Source: an uncultured Alphaproteobacteria bacterium (lineage in GTDB: Bacteria; Pseudomonadota; Alphaproteobacteria; HIMB59; GCA-002718135). From it: a DNA stretch of 64,000 bases. Made by a program: the position numbers and the translations under genes. The DNA lies in assembly GCA_902560725.1 (NCBI GenBank), contig CACEMR010000002.1:287-64286 (forward strand). Reading direction: 5' to 3'. Below the pieces are notes generated by a model, which searched no databases, had not been told where the DNA came from, and saw nothing but the letters and a program-made list of their open reading frames with translations. Positions 41,911-55,420 of this stretch are shown here, piece by piece; the stretch's first letter is position 1, and every line of letters begins with the position of its first letter.

Positions 41911-43028
41911 GTAACACAGTAGTTGATAAATCGAAAGTTCCATGGTGGGTGTCTAACGTAATTGTTCCCTTGGTAAACTTAACATTAGCATTATTAGTAT
42001 CTGGTGTTTTTGTTTTTATTGCTGGTGAAAACCCAATAGAAGCAGTTAAATTAATTATCTATGGTTCATTTGGTTATATCCAAGGTTTTGCATATACACT
42101 TTATTATACAACAAATTTTATTTTTACTGGACTAGCATTTGCGGTTGCGTTTCATTGTAGACTTTTTAATATAGGAGGAGAAGGCCAAGCTTATATAGGT
42201 GGTCTAGGTGTTTTTTTAGTAGCAATAAATTTAAGTTTTCTTCCTGTACCAATTGTTTGGCTCTTGGCAATTTTTGGTGCTTTCTTATTTGGAGCAGCGT
42301 GGGCATACATACCTGCCTATCTTCAATCAAAAAGAGGTAGTCATGTTGTTATCACAACAATAATGTTTAATTTTATTGCTTCATCATTAATGATTTTTTT
42401 ACTTGTTGACGTAATAAGAGACACCAATCAGATGGCACCGCACACTGTTAAGCTACCTGAAGCTATTTGGTTACCAAGTTTTGAAGCATTTTCTGGAATT
42501 CTTGGTATAAAGATAAGATATTCACCTCTTAACCTTACTTTTTTATTAGCTATAGCATCCTTATTCTTTGTTTGGTTTTTAGTATGGAAAACTAAATGGG
42601 GTTATGAGATGCGAGCTGTTGGTCATAATACTCAGGCAGCAATTTACGCAGGTATATCTCCTCATAAAAATATTATTATTGCAATGTGTATCTCTGGAGG
42701 TTTAGCAGGACTGCTTGGTGTTAATGAAATTCTTGGAGTAAGTCATAAAATTCAAGCGGGCTTCCCAGCAGGATATGGTTTTACAGGAATTGCAGTTGCT
42801 TTAATGGGCAGAAACCATCCAATTGGTATTTTGCCAGCAGCATTTTTATTTGGTATTTTATATCAAGGAGGTTCAGAAGTAACATTTGAAATGCCAAATA
42901 TTACTAGATACATGTTTGTTGCTGTTCAAGGTTTAATAATATTATTTAGTGGCGCTCTAGAGAATTTATTTAGACCGCAAATAGAAAGTTTTTTTGTAAA
43001 AAGACTTAATAGAGAGGTAAGTGCATAA
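41907..43028 (+). CDS. Nucleoside ABC transporter permease 1
   Basis: LFNIGGEGQ, VITTIMFN, GYEMRAVG, GFTGIAVALMG. Confidence 0.93.
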   Translation: MSNTVVDKSKVPWWVSNVIVPLVNLTLALLVSGVFVFIAGENPIEAVKLIIYGSFGYIQGFAYTLYYTTNFIFTGLAFAVAFHCRLFNIGGEGQAYIGGLGVFLVAINLSFLPVPIVWLLAIFGAFLFGAAWAYIPAYLQSKRGSHVVITTIMFNFIASSLMIFLLVDVIRDTNQMAPHTVKLPEAIWLPSFEAFSGILGIKIRYSPLNLTFLLAIASLFFVWFLVWKTKWGYEMRAVGHNTQAAIYAGISPHKNIIIAMCISGGLAGLLGVNEILGVSHKIQAGFPAGYGFTGIAVALMGRNHPIGILPAAFLFGILYQGGSEVTFEMPNITRYMFVAVQGLIILFSGALENLFRPQIESFFVKRLNREVSA

Positions 43029-43999
43029 TGGAATTTTTATCCGATATTGCTTCTTTAATCAATTCTACACTAAGAATATCTACACCATTAGTCTTTGCAG
43101 CAATGGCTGGTATTTTTGCTGAAAGATCTGGAGTAATTGATTTTAGTTTGGAAGGTAAAATGCTTATGGCTGCTTTTGTAGCAGCTGTTGGTTCTTATTA
43201 TTTGGGTAATCCATGGTTGGGATTATTGTTAGCAATCTTAGCATGCGTATGCCTATCTATGTTGCATGGTTTTGCATCTGTAACTCATAAAGGTGATCAG
43301 GTTGTATCATGTGTAGCTATAAATATTTTAATAATTGGTTTGACCACTGCTTTGGCTGCGGCGTGGTTTGGACAAGCAGGGCTAACACCTACACTTAATG
43401 AAGATCAGCGTTTTCTCGAAATTCATCTTCCTTTTGCAGATGCTTTAAGGGATATACCAATTATTGGAACTATTTATAGCGATATATTAAGCGGTCATTA
43501 TGTATTTGTTTATTTGGCTTACTTATCAGTTCCTCTTGTTTTTTGGATTGTATTTAAAACTAGTTTTGGCTTACGATTAAGAGCTGTTGGTGAAAATCCA
43601 AGTGCCGTAGATACTGCGGGAATAAATGTTTTTTCTATGAGATATAAAGCTTTGGCAGTCAACGGAGTACTAATTGCATTTGCTGGAGCACACTTATCAA
43701 CAGCTGTTAATGCAAATTTTTTTAGAGAGATGTCTGCTGGAAGAGGTTATCTAGCTTTGGCCGCTATGATATTTGGGAAGTGGCATCCTAAAACAGCATT
43801 AATTGCTTGTTTACTTTTTGGATTTACAGATGCTCTTCAAATTAGGTTACAAGGAGTTGAACTTCCTGCAATTGGAGAAATACCTGTACAATTAATTCAA
43901 GCAATTCCCTATATACTAACTGTTGTCTTATTGGCTGGCTTTGTAGGTAAGGCAATTGCCCCTAATGCAATTGGACAACCATATATTAAAGAAAGATAA
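43028..43999 (+). CDS. Nucleoside ABC transporter permease 2
   Basis: ERSGVID, LEGKML, GLRLRAVGENP, GRGYLALAAMIFGKW. Confidence 0.93.
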   Translation: MEFLSDIASLINSTLRISTPLVFAAMAGIFAERSGVIDFSLEGKMLMAAFVAAVGSYYLGNPWLGLLLAILACVCLSMLHGFASVTHKGDQVVSCVAINILIIGLTTALAAAWFGQAGLTPTLNEDQRFLEIHLPFADALRDIPIIGTIYSDILSGHYVFVYLAYLSVPLVFWIVFKTSFGLRLRAVGENPSAVDTAGINVFSMRYKALAVNGVLIAFAGAHLSTAVNANFFREMSAGRGYLALAAMIFGKWHPKTALIACLLFGFTDALQIRLQGVELPAIGEIPVQLIQAIPYILTVVLLAGFVGKAIAPNAIGQPYIKER

Positions 44000-44067
44000 T
44001 TATTATTTTTTTTTAATAATTTTAAAACTTTTCAACTATATATAATTAATTAGAAATAGGAGTAACA

Positions 44068-44361
44068 ATGTTAGTTAAATTAACACAAGATTTAAAAAAT
44101 GGTTTTGGGCCTTGGAAAGAAATGCTTCTTGCAAATGGTCATAAACTTCAAGAACATGGAATGACTTGTATATTTGCAGCAACAGAAAAGGACAATGATA
44201 ATAAATTAACAGTTATTATTGACTTCGCTACACCAGAGGGCATGATGGGTTTCAAAAATGATGAAGAATTAACACAAAGAAGAATTGAGGCTGGTGCTAT
44301 GGTGGAAACTACAGTAATGACACCAATGACTGCTGAAGCAGTTACTAATTTTTCAGGTTAA
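44068..44361 (+). CDS. Small hypothetical protein (possibly DUF3764-like)
   Basis: 97 aa with AGGAG RBS; family assignment is tentative. Confidence 0.6.
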   Translation: MLVKLTQDLKNGFGPWKEMLLANGHKLQEHGMTCIFAATEKDNDNKLTVIIDFATPEGMMGFKNDEELTQRRIEAGAMVETTVMTPMTAEAVTNFSG

Positions 44362-44378
44362 TTAAGAAAGGAAAAAAT

Positions 44379-44699
44379 ATGAGTTTAATGGAAAGATATC
44401 AAAAAGCTATGAAAGATAAAAACGAAGCAGAGATGAATGATATATTGCATGATGATTTTAAGTTTACAATGCATTCATCTGGAAATGTTTTATCAAAATC
44501 TGATGTAGTTAGTTGGGCTATGACTGACGACATTAATTCAGACAAAGACAGAACTATATATGAGAACGATGAAATAGCTGTTCATCACTCCTTCGTTACT
44601 TTTAACGATGGCAATACTCAAGCAGTAATGTCTGTTTTCAAAATAGAAGCTGGTAAAATTGTTTCTTTAGAAACTGGTGCCACTAATATGCCAAAATAA
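44379..44699 (+). CDS. NTF2/SnoaL-like protein
   Basis: LHDDF, RTIYENDEIAVHHS, C-terminal GKIVSLETGAT. Confidence 0.7.
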   Translation: MSLMERYQKAMKDKNEAEMNDILHDDFKFTMHSSGNVLSKSDVVSWAMTDDINSDKDRTIYENDEIAVHHSFVTFNDGNTQAVMSVFKIEAGKIVSLETGATNMPK

Positions 44700-44701
44700 A
44701 A

Positions 44702-45145
44702 ATGAGATTTTTACTATTTGTCTTTTTATTTTTGATAGCTGCAACTCAACTTTTTGCAAAAACTGTTGAAGTTGAGATGTGGACTAACTTTAATGGTGAA
44801 AAAAAAAACCAACGATATGAACCATTAATTGTATCGATTGATGAGGGGGATACTGTAATTTGGAAATCTGTTGAAAAAAGTCATAATGTAGAATTTATGA
44901 CTGGTGGCGTCCCAGAAGGCGTTGGAGAATTTAAATCTAAAATTAGTCAAGATGCCGAATATACATTTACTATTCCAGGAATATATGCATATATTTGTTC
45001 ACCCCATAAGACAGGGAAAATGTTAGGTTTTGTAATTGTTGGTAACGATAAAAGTAATTTAGATGATATTAAAGCTTTGAAATATAGAGGCATGTCCAAA
45101 AAATTTGCAAAGCAGCTTATTGAAGATATTGAGAATAATTATTAG
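44702..45145 (+). CDS. Pseudoazurin/plastocyanin-like blue copper protein
   Basis: Signal peptide, GDTVIW, HNVEF, PGIYAYICSPHKTGKMLG (type 1 Cu ligands H, C, H, M). Confidence 0.88.
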   Translation: MRFLLFVFLFLIAATQLFAKTVEVEMWTNFNGEKKNQRYEPLIVSIDEGDTVIWKSVEKSHNVEFMTGGVPEGVGEFKSKISQDAEYTFTIPGIYAYICSPHKTGKMLGFVIVGNDKSNLDDIKALKYRGMSKKFAKQLIEDIENNY

Positions 45146-45148
45146 AGT

Positions 45149-45169
45149 AGAGCGGGCTAAACCCGCTCT
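45149..45169. terminator. Hairpin terminator between convergent cupredoxin gene and katG
   Basis: AGAGCGGG-CTAAA-CCCGCTCT, perfect 8-bp GC-rich stem. Confidence 0.75.
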
Positions 45170-45180
45170 TAAAATTTAAT

Positions 45181-47328
<2,148 letters not shown>

Positions 47329-47375
47329 TTATTTATAATTAATATATAAAGAAATTAAATTAAAGCAAAGTGAAA

Positions 47376-47783
47376 TTATAACTCAATTTTAAATTTTTCT
47401 GGTTTCCACGTCGCAGGTGCAAGCTCAAAATCTTCAAAATCAAAAGCTGGCGCCACAGTGCATCCAATTAAACTAAAAGAACCTGAAGATTTCATCGCAA
47501 ACCATGTGTTAGATTTAACAGTATAAATATAGTTATTATTAGACCCTAAAGAAAAAACCTCATATCCAATTCCGTCATTTGATGTAAAAACATCTAGAGG
47601 ATCCCCTAAATAAAAATGTAAAATTTCATTTTTTGATAATCTATGCCAATGTGATTTTTCATTATTTTTTAATAAATAATATATTTGACTAACATTTTTA
47701 TCTTTAAAGATTTCCACATAATGACCACCCTCTGGGTGATTAATCATTTTTAATTTTTTAATTAAAGTATCTGCGTCTTGCAC
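47376..47783 (-). CDS. Cupin_5 (DUF985) family protein
   Basis: HPEGGHY, IYYLL, SHWHRL, GCTVAPAFDFEDFEL. Confidence 0.9.
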   Translation of the reverse strand: MQDADTLIKKLKMINHPEGGHYVEIFKDKNVSQIYYLLKNNEKSHWHRLSKNEILHFYLGDPLDVFTSNDGIGYEVFSLGSNNNYIYTVKSNTWFAMKSSGSFSLIGCTVAPAFDFEDFELAPATWKPEKFKIEL

Positions 47784-48374
47784 TTAAAGTAAATGACCAA
47801 GTTTGGTAATTTTTGTAGAAATATATTTTTCATTATACTTATTTGTATCAGTTGAAAGAGGAATTCGCTGATTAACTTCTACTCCCATATCTTTTAAAGC
47901 TTTAATTTTTTTTGGATTATTTGTCATTAAATCTAATTTTTTTATTGCTAGGAACTTTATCATTCCAGAAACGGTTTCATAAGTTCGTTCATCTTCTTTA
48001 AAACCAAGTTGATGATTTGCTTCAACAGTATCCAGTCCTTTGTCTTGTAAGCTATAAGCCTTAATTTTATTTGATAGACCAATTCCTCTTCCTTCTTGTT
48101 GAAGATAAAACACAACACCTCTTCCAATATTTGCAATTTGCTGAAGAGATTCGGTTAATTGATATCTACAATCACAGCGCATACTAAAAAAAGACTCACC
48201 AGTTATACATTGGGAATGTATTCTCGATAAAACTGGTTCGTTTGTTAATAAATCGCCCATACATATAGCTAAATGATCCTTTGATTCTTTTTGATCTGTA
48301 AATGCATGAACAGTAAATTCACCGATGTCAGTTGGAAGTTTACTTGTTTCAATAAATTTTAACTCATTATTCAT
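47784..48374 (-). CDS. ribA: GTP cyclohydrolase II (stand-alone)
   Basis: RIHSQCITG, RCDC Zn ligands, QEGRGIGL, KAY, DTVEAN, DER, TNNPKK, KLGHLL. Confidence 0.95.
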   Translation of the reverse strand: MNNELKFIETSKLPTDIGEFTVHAFTDQKESKDHLAICMGDLLTNEPVLSRIHSQCITGESFFSMRCDCRYQLTESLQQIANIGRGVVFYLQQEGRGIGLSNKIKAYSLQDKGLDTVEANHQLGFKEDERTYETVSGMIKFLAIKKLDLMTNNPKKIKALKDMGVEVNQRIPLSTDTNKYNEKYISTKITKLGHLL

Positions 48375-48414
48375 TAAAGTAGACCTTTATTCTTTTATTA
48401 TTTTTTGTAAATAA

Positions 48415-48888
48415 TTATAATTTTGTTGGATTTGGCGTATCTCCATAAACTTTATCTGGATCAAAAACCTTTTCTTTTTCTTCAAATTTTAGAATGATTT
48501 TAGAATTATTATTATCCAATGGAATACTTCTATAAAAGCAAGATCTATAACCAACATGGCAGCTAGCACCACCTTGTACATCAACTCTTAGCCAAACACA
48601 GTCTTGATCATCATCAATTCTTATTTCTTTTATTTTTTGAATAAGGCCACTAGTTTTACCTTTATGCCAGAGTGATTTTCTACTTCGAGAAAAGTAAACA
48701 GCCTCTCCTAAACTAATTGTTTTTTTAAAAGCTTCTTCATTCATATATCCTTGCATTAATACTTCACCTGAAGAAAAGTCAGTTGTTACGACAGGAATAA
48801 GACCATTTGCATCAAACTTTGGTGCGAGCTCATCTGACTCTTCAACTTGTTCAATTGACTTCCTTTTTTCAAATTCTATATTACTCAT
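48415..48888 (-). CDS. hisI: Phosphoribosyl-AMP cyclohydrolase
   Basis: [43 protein letters not shown]. Confidence 0.96.
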   Translation of the reverse strand: MSNIEFEKRKSIEQVEESDELAPKFDANGLIPVVTTDFSSGEVLMQGYMNEEAFKKTISLGEAVYFSRSRKSLWHKGKTSGLIQKIKEIRIDDDQDCVWLRVDVQGGASCHVGYRSCFYRSIPLDNNNSKIILKFEEKEKVFDPDKVYGDTPNPTKL

Positions 48889-49882
48889 TTTTCAGTTTTT
48901 CGGCTATTTCTAATGCAAAGTAAGTAAGTATACCATTTGCACCTGCTCTTTTAAAAGATAAAAGAGACTCCTTAATTACTTTTTCGTTTAACCAACCTTT
49001 ATTAATTGACTCTTTGATCATAGAGTACTCCCCAGACACTTGATAAGCAAAAGTTGGAACTTTAAACTCTGATTTTATTTTAGAAATTATATCCAGATAA
49101 GGCATACCGGGTTTTACCATAACCATGTCAGCTCCCTCATTAATATCAAAAGCTACTTCTCTCAGTGCTTCATCACTATTTGAAGGATCCATTTGATAAG
49201 TTAATTTACCATCTTTACCCAAATTTGAACCTGAGCCTATAGCATCTCTAAATGGTCCATAAAAACCAGAAGCGTATTTAGCAGCATATGACAAAATAAG
49301 TGTATCTTGAAAATTATTATTATCTAAGCATTTTCTAATTCTTCCTACGCGTCCATCCATCATATCAGAAGGTGCAATTACATCACAACCAGCATTTACT
49401 TGAACTAAAGCCTGCTTTTCTAATATTTCTAGAGTCTTATCATTATCAATTTTATTATCTATTAATAACCCATCGTGTCCATGATCAGTAAATGGATCAA
49501 GAGCAACATCACAAATAATTCCAATTTCAGAAAATTCTTTTTTTATACTTTTGATAGATCTGCAAACTAAATTATTTTCATCAATTGCTAAGCTTCCTTG
49601 TGCATTTTTTAACCCAGTATCTATTTGTGGAAATATAGCGATCGCAGGAATTGATAGTCTAACCGCATCTTCAACTCTATGTAAAAGTTTATCAATAGAA
49701 TATCTATTAACACCTGGCATTGATTGAATAGGATCTTCAACATTATCACCCTCACACACAAACAAAGGTAGTATTAAATCACTAGAACCAAGATTATTTT
49801 CAGCAACTAGCCTACGTGAAAACTCTCTCATTCTATTACGTCTAAGTCTTGTGCTTGGAAACTTGCCTTGAATGTTAGTCAT
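48881..49882 (-). CDS. hemB: Porphobilinogen synthase
   Basis: [20 protein letters not shown] (Asp-rich, Zn-independent type), [20 protein letters not shown]. Confidence 0.97.
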   Translation of the reverse strand: MTNIQGKFPSTRLRRNRMREFSRRLVAENNLGSSDLILPLFVCEGDNVEDPIQSMPGVNRYSIDKLLHRVEDAVRLSIPAIAIFPQIDTGLKNAQGSLAIDENNLVCRSIKSIKKEFSEIGIICDVALDPFTDHGHDGLLIDNKIDNDKTLEILEKQALVQVNAGCDVIAPSDMMDGRVGRIRKCLDNNNFQDTLILSYAAKYASGFYGPFRDAIGSGSNLGKDGKLTYQMDPSNSDEALREVAFDINEGADMVMVKPGMPYLDIISKIKSEFKVPTFAYQVSGEYSMIKESINKGWLNEKVIKESLLSFKRAGANGILTYFALEIAEKLKNE

Positions 49883-49885
49883 AAT

Positions 49886-51811
49886 TTATTCTATAGGTGA
49901 TTTTGTTTCTTTGGATAAGGTAGTAACAATTTCATCTAATTTAAAGGTTTTTGTTTCTGATGATCCAATTCTTCTAACTGAAGTTGTTTTTTCTTGAGAC
50001 TCTTTTTTTCCAACAGCGATTATTATAGGGACCTTGCTATTGCTATGTTCTCGAATTTTATAGCCTATTTTTTCATTTCTTAAATCTACATCAGCCCTAA
50101 TACCATTTTTGATCAATTCATTTTTAACGTTAATGGCATAATCATCAGTATCAGAAGTAATTGTCGCCACCATTACTTGTAATGGTGAAAGCCAAAGAGG
50201 CAGATGACCAGCGTAATGTTCAATAAGTATCCCTGTGAATCTTTCTAGAGAACCAAAGAGTGCTCTATGAAGCATAACTGGTGTTTTTTTATTCCCATCT
50301 TCTCCAACATAAGTTGCGCCTAGTCTCCCTGGTAAGTTTAAATCTACTTGTAATGTTCCACATTGCCAATCTCTTCCAATTGCATCCCTTAAAACAAACT
50401 CTAATTTTGGACCGTAAAACGCTCCTTCCCCTGGGTTAAGCGTGTACTCGAGACCTGTTGCTTCCATGGCCTGCATTAATGCAGCCTCAGCCTTATCCCA
50501 AACAGCATCATCCCCTACTCGTTTTTCTGGTCTGTCAGAAAACTTAATTCTGACATTATCAAAACCAAAATCTTTATAAATACTTAGTATCAAGTCACAT
50601 ACAGTTTTACTCTCTTGAGTTATTTGATCTTCTGTGCAAAATATATGCGCATCATCTTGTGTGAATGCTCTTACTCGCATTAATCCGTGAAGGGCTCCTG
50701 AAGGTTCATAACGATGTACTTTTCCAAATTCAGATAATAAAAATGGAAGGTCTCTATAACTTTTTAGACCTTGTTTAAAAATTTCTACAGCACCAGGGCA
50801 GTTCATTGGTTTGATTGCATAAATTTTGTCATCCTTTGCTTCAGTCCTAAACATCATGTCACTAAACTTATCCCAGTGACCAGAGGTTTCCCATAGAGAC
50901 TTATCCATCATGTCTGGTGTATTAGTTTCTACATAACCTGCCTTATCTTGTCTGTTTCGCATATAATTTATTAAAGATTGGAACAACGTCCAACCTTTAG
51001 GGTGCCAAAAAACAGCTCCTGGAGCCTCCTCTTGAAAATGAAATAGATCCATTTCTTTTCCAAGTTTACGGTGATCTCTTTTTTCTGCTTCTTCAATTTG
51101 TAATAGATGTTGTTCAAGATCTTTCTCAGTCGCCCATGCCGTACCATAAATTCTTGTAAGCATTGCATTAGACGAGTCTCCTCTCCAATATGCACCAGCA
51201 ACTTTCATTAATTTAAATGCCTTACCAATCTGCTTCGTTGAAACCATATGTGGACCTCGGCATAAGTCCAACCAACCACCTTGTTTGTAAATACTAATTT
51301 CCTCATTATCAGATAAATCATTTATTAATTCAACCTTGTAGTTTTCACCCTTATCTTTAAAATATTTTATCGCTTCATCTTTAGACCATACTTCCCTGAC
51401 AAAACTTTCATTACGCTGAATAATTTCATGCATTTTTTTTTCAATTTTTGGAAGATCAGATAAAGTAAATGGTTCGTTTCTTGCAAAATCGTAATAGAAA
51501 CCATTTTCTATAGCTGGGCCAATCGTAACTTGTGTACCAGGAAACAATTCTTGAACTGCTTCAGCCATCACATGCGCACAATCATGTCGAATTAGTTCAA
51601 GAGCTTCTTCACTATCTTTTTTTAAAATTGCAACTGATACGTCAGTATTAATAGGTAAGCTAATGTCCTTTATTTCATCGTTTATTTTTACAGCAACTGA
51701 CTCTTTAGCAAGTGATTTAGAAATCTGTGAAGCTAGGTCTAATCCACTAATTCCCTTATCTACTTCTTTTTTGTTTCCATCAGGAAATGTAATTGTAATT
51801 TTTTCACTCAT
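49886..51811 (-). CDS. thrS: Threonyl-tRNA synthetase
   Basis: [42 protein letters not shown]. Confidence 0.98.
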   Translation of the reverse strand: MSEKITITFPDGNKKEVDKGISGLDLASQISKSLAKESVAVKINDEIKDISLPINTDVSVAILKKDSEEALELIRHDCAHVMAEAVQELFPGTQVTIGPAIENGFYYDFARNEPFTLSDLPKIEKKMHEIIQRNESFVREVWSKDEAIKYFKDKGENYKVELINDLSDNEEISIYKQGGWLDLCRGPHMVSTKQIGKAFKLMKVAGAYWRGDSSNAMLTRIYGTAWATEKDLEQHLLQIEEAEKRDHRKLGKEMDLFHFQEEAPGAVFWHPKGWTLFQSLINYMRNRQDKAGYVETNTPDMMDKSLWETSGHWDKFSDMMFRTEAKDDKIYAIKPMNCPGAVEIFKQGLKSYRDLPFLLSEFGKVHRYEPSGALHGLMRVRAFTQDDAHIFCTEDQITQESKTVCDLILSIYKDFGFDNVRIKFSDRPEKRVGDDAVWDKAEAALMQAMEATGLEYTLNPGEGAFYGPKLEFVLRDAIGRDWQCGTLQVDLNLPGRLGATYVGEDGNKKTPVMLHRALFGSLERFTGILIEHYAGHLPLWLSPLQVMVATITSDTDDYAINVKNELIKNGIRADVDLRNEKIGYKIREHSNSKVPIIIAVGKKESQEKTTSVRRIGSSETKTFKLDEIVTTLSKETKSPIE

Positions 51812-53190
51812 CTAGATTTTCGCCAAATTGTTCCCTTATCAGTATCCTCTATTTCTATACCTTTTTCTCTCAATGTATCTCTTATAGTATCTGCCAAACT
51901 AAAATTTTTACTGCGTCTAGCTTCATTACGCTCATTTATCAACCTTTCAATTTCTTCACTATTATCACCACTATTTTGATTATATCCAAGCCAATTTTCT
52001 GGCTCATTTTCTAATATCCCTAAAATTTTTCCAGTTGATAAAAGATTTTTTTTAATATCAACCCTTTTACTATCAGAAGCTGATGAGACACTATTAGCTT
52101 CTTCATTAAGTTTAGCAATTACTTTTGGAGTATTTAAGTCGTCTAAAAAGGTCTCCATTATAGAATTAGAAGGCAAATCAGGATCTATATTTATGTCAGA
52201 TAATTCCAAAAGAACTCTATATAAACGATCAAGCATTTTACTATTCTGTTCAATGATTTCTTCCGTCCAGTTTAGTGGTTGTTTATAATGTGCAGATAGT
52301 AATGTTAAACGTAAAACTTCACCTTTATATTTTTTATTAAGTTCATGAACTAATCGAATGTTGCCAATGGATTTTGACATTTTTTCACCCTCAACATTAA
52401 CAAAACCATTGTGAAACCAGTAAGCAGCAAAATCTTTAGGATCTTTATTTCTTGATATAGAACAAGTTTGTGCAATTTCATTTTCATGATGAGGAAATAC
52501 TAAATCAATACCTCCACTGTGAATATCAAATGGCAAACCTAGTGATTTTTCTGACATCACAGAACACTCTAGATGCCAACCCGGTCTACCAAACCCCCAA
52601 GGTGATTTCCAACCAGGAAGTGGCGATGGTGATGGTTTCCATAATACAAAATCAGCCGGATCTTTTTTAAAAGGAGCAACTTCAACCCGGCTCCCAGCTA
52701 TTTGTTCGTCTCTATTTCTTTTAGATAAAACTCCATATTGTTCAAAACTTGGCACATGAAACAATACATGACCATCTTTTTCATAGGCTTTATTTTCATT
52801 AATTAATTTTTGGATTAACTCAATCATTTCTTTTATATGATCAGTTGCCCTTGGTTGAATATCTGGAAGATTGACTCCTAAGGCTCCCATGTCGTTATTA
52901 TAAATCTCAGTATATTTGGAAGTAATGACATTAATGTCTTCGCCTGTTTCTTTCGAAGCTTCTATAATTTTATCATCAATATCAGTTATGTTTGAAACAT
53001 AAGTAACTTTTTTAAATTGTGTTTTTAAAACACGAACTAATAAATCATTAACAACTGCCATTCGAGCATTGCCAATATGAGCAAAATTATAAACAGTTGG
53101 ACCACATGCATAAATTCTTACATGTGAAGGATCAACAGGTTTAAAAATTTCTTTTTTTCCACTTAATGTGTTTTGTATTTGTAATGCCAT
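51808..53190 (-). CDS. cysS: Cysteinyl-tRNA synthetase
   Basis: [32 protein letters not shown]. Confidence 0.98.
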   Translation of the reverse strand: MALQIQNTLSGKKEIFKPVDPSHVRIYACGPTVYNFAHIGNARMAVVNDLLVRVLKTQFKKVTYVSNITDIDDKIIEASKETGEDINVITSKYTEIYNNDMGALGVNLPDIQPRATDHIKEMIELIQKLINENKAYEKDGHVLFHVPSFEQYGVLSKRNRDEQIAGSRVEVAPFKKDPADFVLWKPSPSPLPGWKSPWGFGRPGWHLECSVMSEKSLGLPFDIHSGGIDLVFPHHENEIAQTCSISRNKDPKDFAAYWFHNGFVNVEGEKMSKSIGNIRLVHELNKKYKGEVLRLTLLSAHYKQPLNWTEEIIEQNSKMLDRLYRVLLELSDINIDPDLPSNSIMETFLDDLNTPKVIAKLNEEANSVSSASDSKRVDIKKNLLSTGKILGILENEPENWLGYNQNSGDNSEEIERLINERNEARRSKNFSLADTIRDTLREKGIEIEDTDKGTIWRKSR

Positions 53191-53206
53191 TTATCTAATA
53201 TTTTAT

Positions 53207-53629
53207 TTAATAATTTAGTTCTATTATCACGGGTTCGCCATGAACTAAATCTATTGCAGCTTTTTTAAACGAAGGAGGGCCTTTTGGTTCATAATTATTA
53301 CTAAAAGCAAAGCCCTCTTTTGGTCTCCAGAATAAGCCAGTTTTAAGTTTTCCATCTGAGTCTTCATCATGGTAGGCAACAATTGCTATTTTTCCCTCAT
53401 GAATTTTACTTAAAGGAACTACAACTTCGCCTTTTTGAGCCCTTTTTCTTACACTTTCTATTGCCAAATCTTCATTTAAAAAACTATCCTTAGAGTCATA
53501 TATTTTAACATCTATAAAACCATCTCCATGCTCAACATTTGGGAAAATTATAGTCCCGTGAGCGTAAAGGCAAGATGACCATGTGACGGATAAGCAAAAA
53601 AAGATTATTTTAGTAAAAATGCTTTTCAT
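53207..53629 (-). CDS. DUF2141 family secreted protein
   Basis: Signal peptide, AYHDEDSDGKL, PKEGFAFSNN, GPPSF. Confidence 0.85.
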   Translation of the reverse strand: MKSIFTKIIFFCLSVTWSSCLYAHGTIIFPNVEHGDGFIDVKIYDSKDSFLNEDLAIESVRKRAQKGEVVVPLSKIHEGKIAIVAYHDEDSDGKLKTGLFWRPKEGFAFSNNYEPKGPPSFKKAAIDLVHGEPVIIELNY

Positions 53630-53657
53630 ATAAGTATCATAATTATAATAGAATCAA

Positions 53658-54863
53658 GTGCTGAACAACAACGAATATTTAAATAGATTATATCAATCTG
53701 ATAAACCTCTCATTATTTACAAAAATGATAAAGGTTTTGACGTATATACGGATTTTTCTAAAAAATTTTTAATTAATAAAAAAAATATAAAAAACTTTCT
53801 TAACTCGCAAACTAAGAAAAAACAGTCAAATTCAAAAAATTTAAATTGCTATATAGGTTTCTTTGGATACAAACTGTTATGTGAAAATATAGGTATAAAA
53901 TTACCTAAACAAAAAACTAATAATTTTTACACTGGTCTTTTTTATCAACCATTAACTAAAATTAGTATTAGAAAAAAAATTTCAATACAAAGTATAAAAC
54001 CAAATTTCAGAAATATAAAAATAAACAAAAAAAATTATGAATTATTAGATAAGAAATTTAACCTTAATTTAACGTTACAACAGTATTCTAAATTATTTAA
54101 AAATTTTTCTAAAAATATAAAACAAGGAAAAACCTATCAAATAAAAATTGCTCAAAATTATTCAAAAAAAGGGACAATAAACGCTATAGATCTATTTTGG
54201 AAATTAATGAGAATGAATGAGTCACCAGAAAGTTTTTTAATAAGAGATAAAAATTTTAATATAATTAGTTGTTCACCTGAAACACTTATCTTGAAAAAAA
54301 ATAATTTAATAAAAACTAAACCTATTGCGGGTACTCTTCGGAAAACAAAAAATACAAATCAAAAAAAAGCCCTAACTTTTTTTAGAAAAAATGAAAAAGA
54401 AACAAAAGAACATAATATGATTGTTGATATGGAAAGAAATGATCTTGCTAAAATATGTAAAACTGGTTCAGTAAAAATAGAAAAATTAAAAAAAGTAGAA
54501 GAATATAGAGATCTATTTCATTATGTTACAACCATTAAGGGTCTATTAAAAAATAAAATAACTAATCATGAAATAATTTCTTCATTGATGCCTGGAGGTT
54601 CTGTTATTGGTTGTCCTAAAATTAGTACAATTCAACTTTTAAATAAAAAAGAAAAATATGATCGCAATATTTATACTGGAAGTTTTGGCATAATACATGC
54701 CAATGGTGATATGCGTTTTAATATCATGATACGAACACTCCTTAACTTTAAAAATAAAATTGATTTATCTGTAGCCAGTGGAGTTATTTTAGGTAGTACC
54801 GCAAAAAAAGAATACAATGAAAATTATATAAAAGCCAAATCTCTTTTGGAGCTATTTAACTAA
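53658..54863 (+). CDS. pabB: Aminodeoxychorismate synthase component I
   Basis: Chorismate-binding domain SPE, KPIAGT, EHNMIVDMERNDL, PGGSVIGCPK, YTG; heads a pab/fol cluster. Confidence 0.85.
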   Translation: MLNNNEYLNRLYQSDKPLIIYKNDKGFDVYTDFSKKFLINKKNIKNFLNSQTKKKQSNSKNLNCYIGFFGYKLLCENIGIKLPKQKTNNFYTGLFYQPLTKISIRKKISIQSIKPNFRNIKINKKNYELLDKKFNLNLTLQQYSKLFKNFSKNIKQGKTYQIKIAQNYSKKGTINAIDLFWKLMRMNESPESFLIRDKNFNIISCSPETLILKKNNLIKTKPIAGTLRKTKNTNQKKALTFFRKNEKETKEHNMIVDMERNDLAKICKTGSVKIEKLKKVEEYRDLFHYVTTIKGLLKNKITNHEIISSLMPGGSVIGCPKISTIQLLNKKEKYDRNIYTGSFGIIHANGDMRFNIMIRTLLNFKNKIDLSVASGVILGSTAKKEYNENYIKAKSLLELFN

Positions 54864-55420
54864 TGATTTATCTCATCGATCACGAAGATTCATTTACATA
54901 TAATCTTGCGCATTTATTAGATGATATTGAGCCAACTTTTGTATCCAATTACTATGAAATTAATAAGGAAAAATTAGAAAAATCTTCAACTATTGTTCTC
55001 TCTCCAGGTCCTGGAGAGCCTAAGAACTATCCTCAAACAACAAAGATTTATAAACAATATAAAGCCAAGAAAAAAATACTTGGTATATGTTTAGGTTTCC
55101 AACAAATAGTTTTTTCAGAGGGAGCAAAAATAGTTCAACAAAAGAATATACTACATGGATATCAAAGTCTTATTAAAATAGTAAATAACAAATCAATTTT
55201 TAAAAAAAATTCAGAATTTCTGGGTGGAAGATATCACTCATTAAAAATGGCAGAACCGTTTCTTTCCAAATCTATGTCTATTACCATGCGCTGTAAAAAA
55301 ACAAATGTAGCAATGGCTGTTGAAGATGATATTAACAAAGTCTATGGATTTCAATTTCACCCAGACTCTTTTTTAACCCCAAATGGAAAATACCTTATTA
55401 AAAAAGTCATTTCGCGTTAA
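54863..55420 (+). CDS. pabA: Aminodeoxychorismate synthase glutaminase component II
   Basis: IDHEDSFTYNL, LSPGPG, GICLGFQ, RYHSL, QFHPD. Confidence 0.85.
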   Translation: MIYLIDHEDSFTYNLAHLLDDIEPTFVSNYYEINKEKLEKSSTIVLSPGPGEPKNYPQTTKIYKQYKAKKKILGICLGFQQIVFSEGAKIVQQKNILHGYQSLIKIVNNKSIFKKNSEFLGGRYHSLKMAEPFLSKSMSITMRCKKTNVAMAVEDDINKVYGFQFHPDSFLTPNGKYLIKKVISR

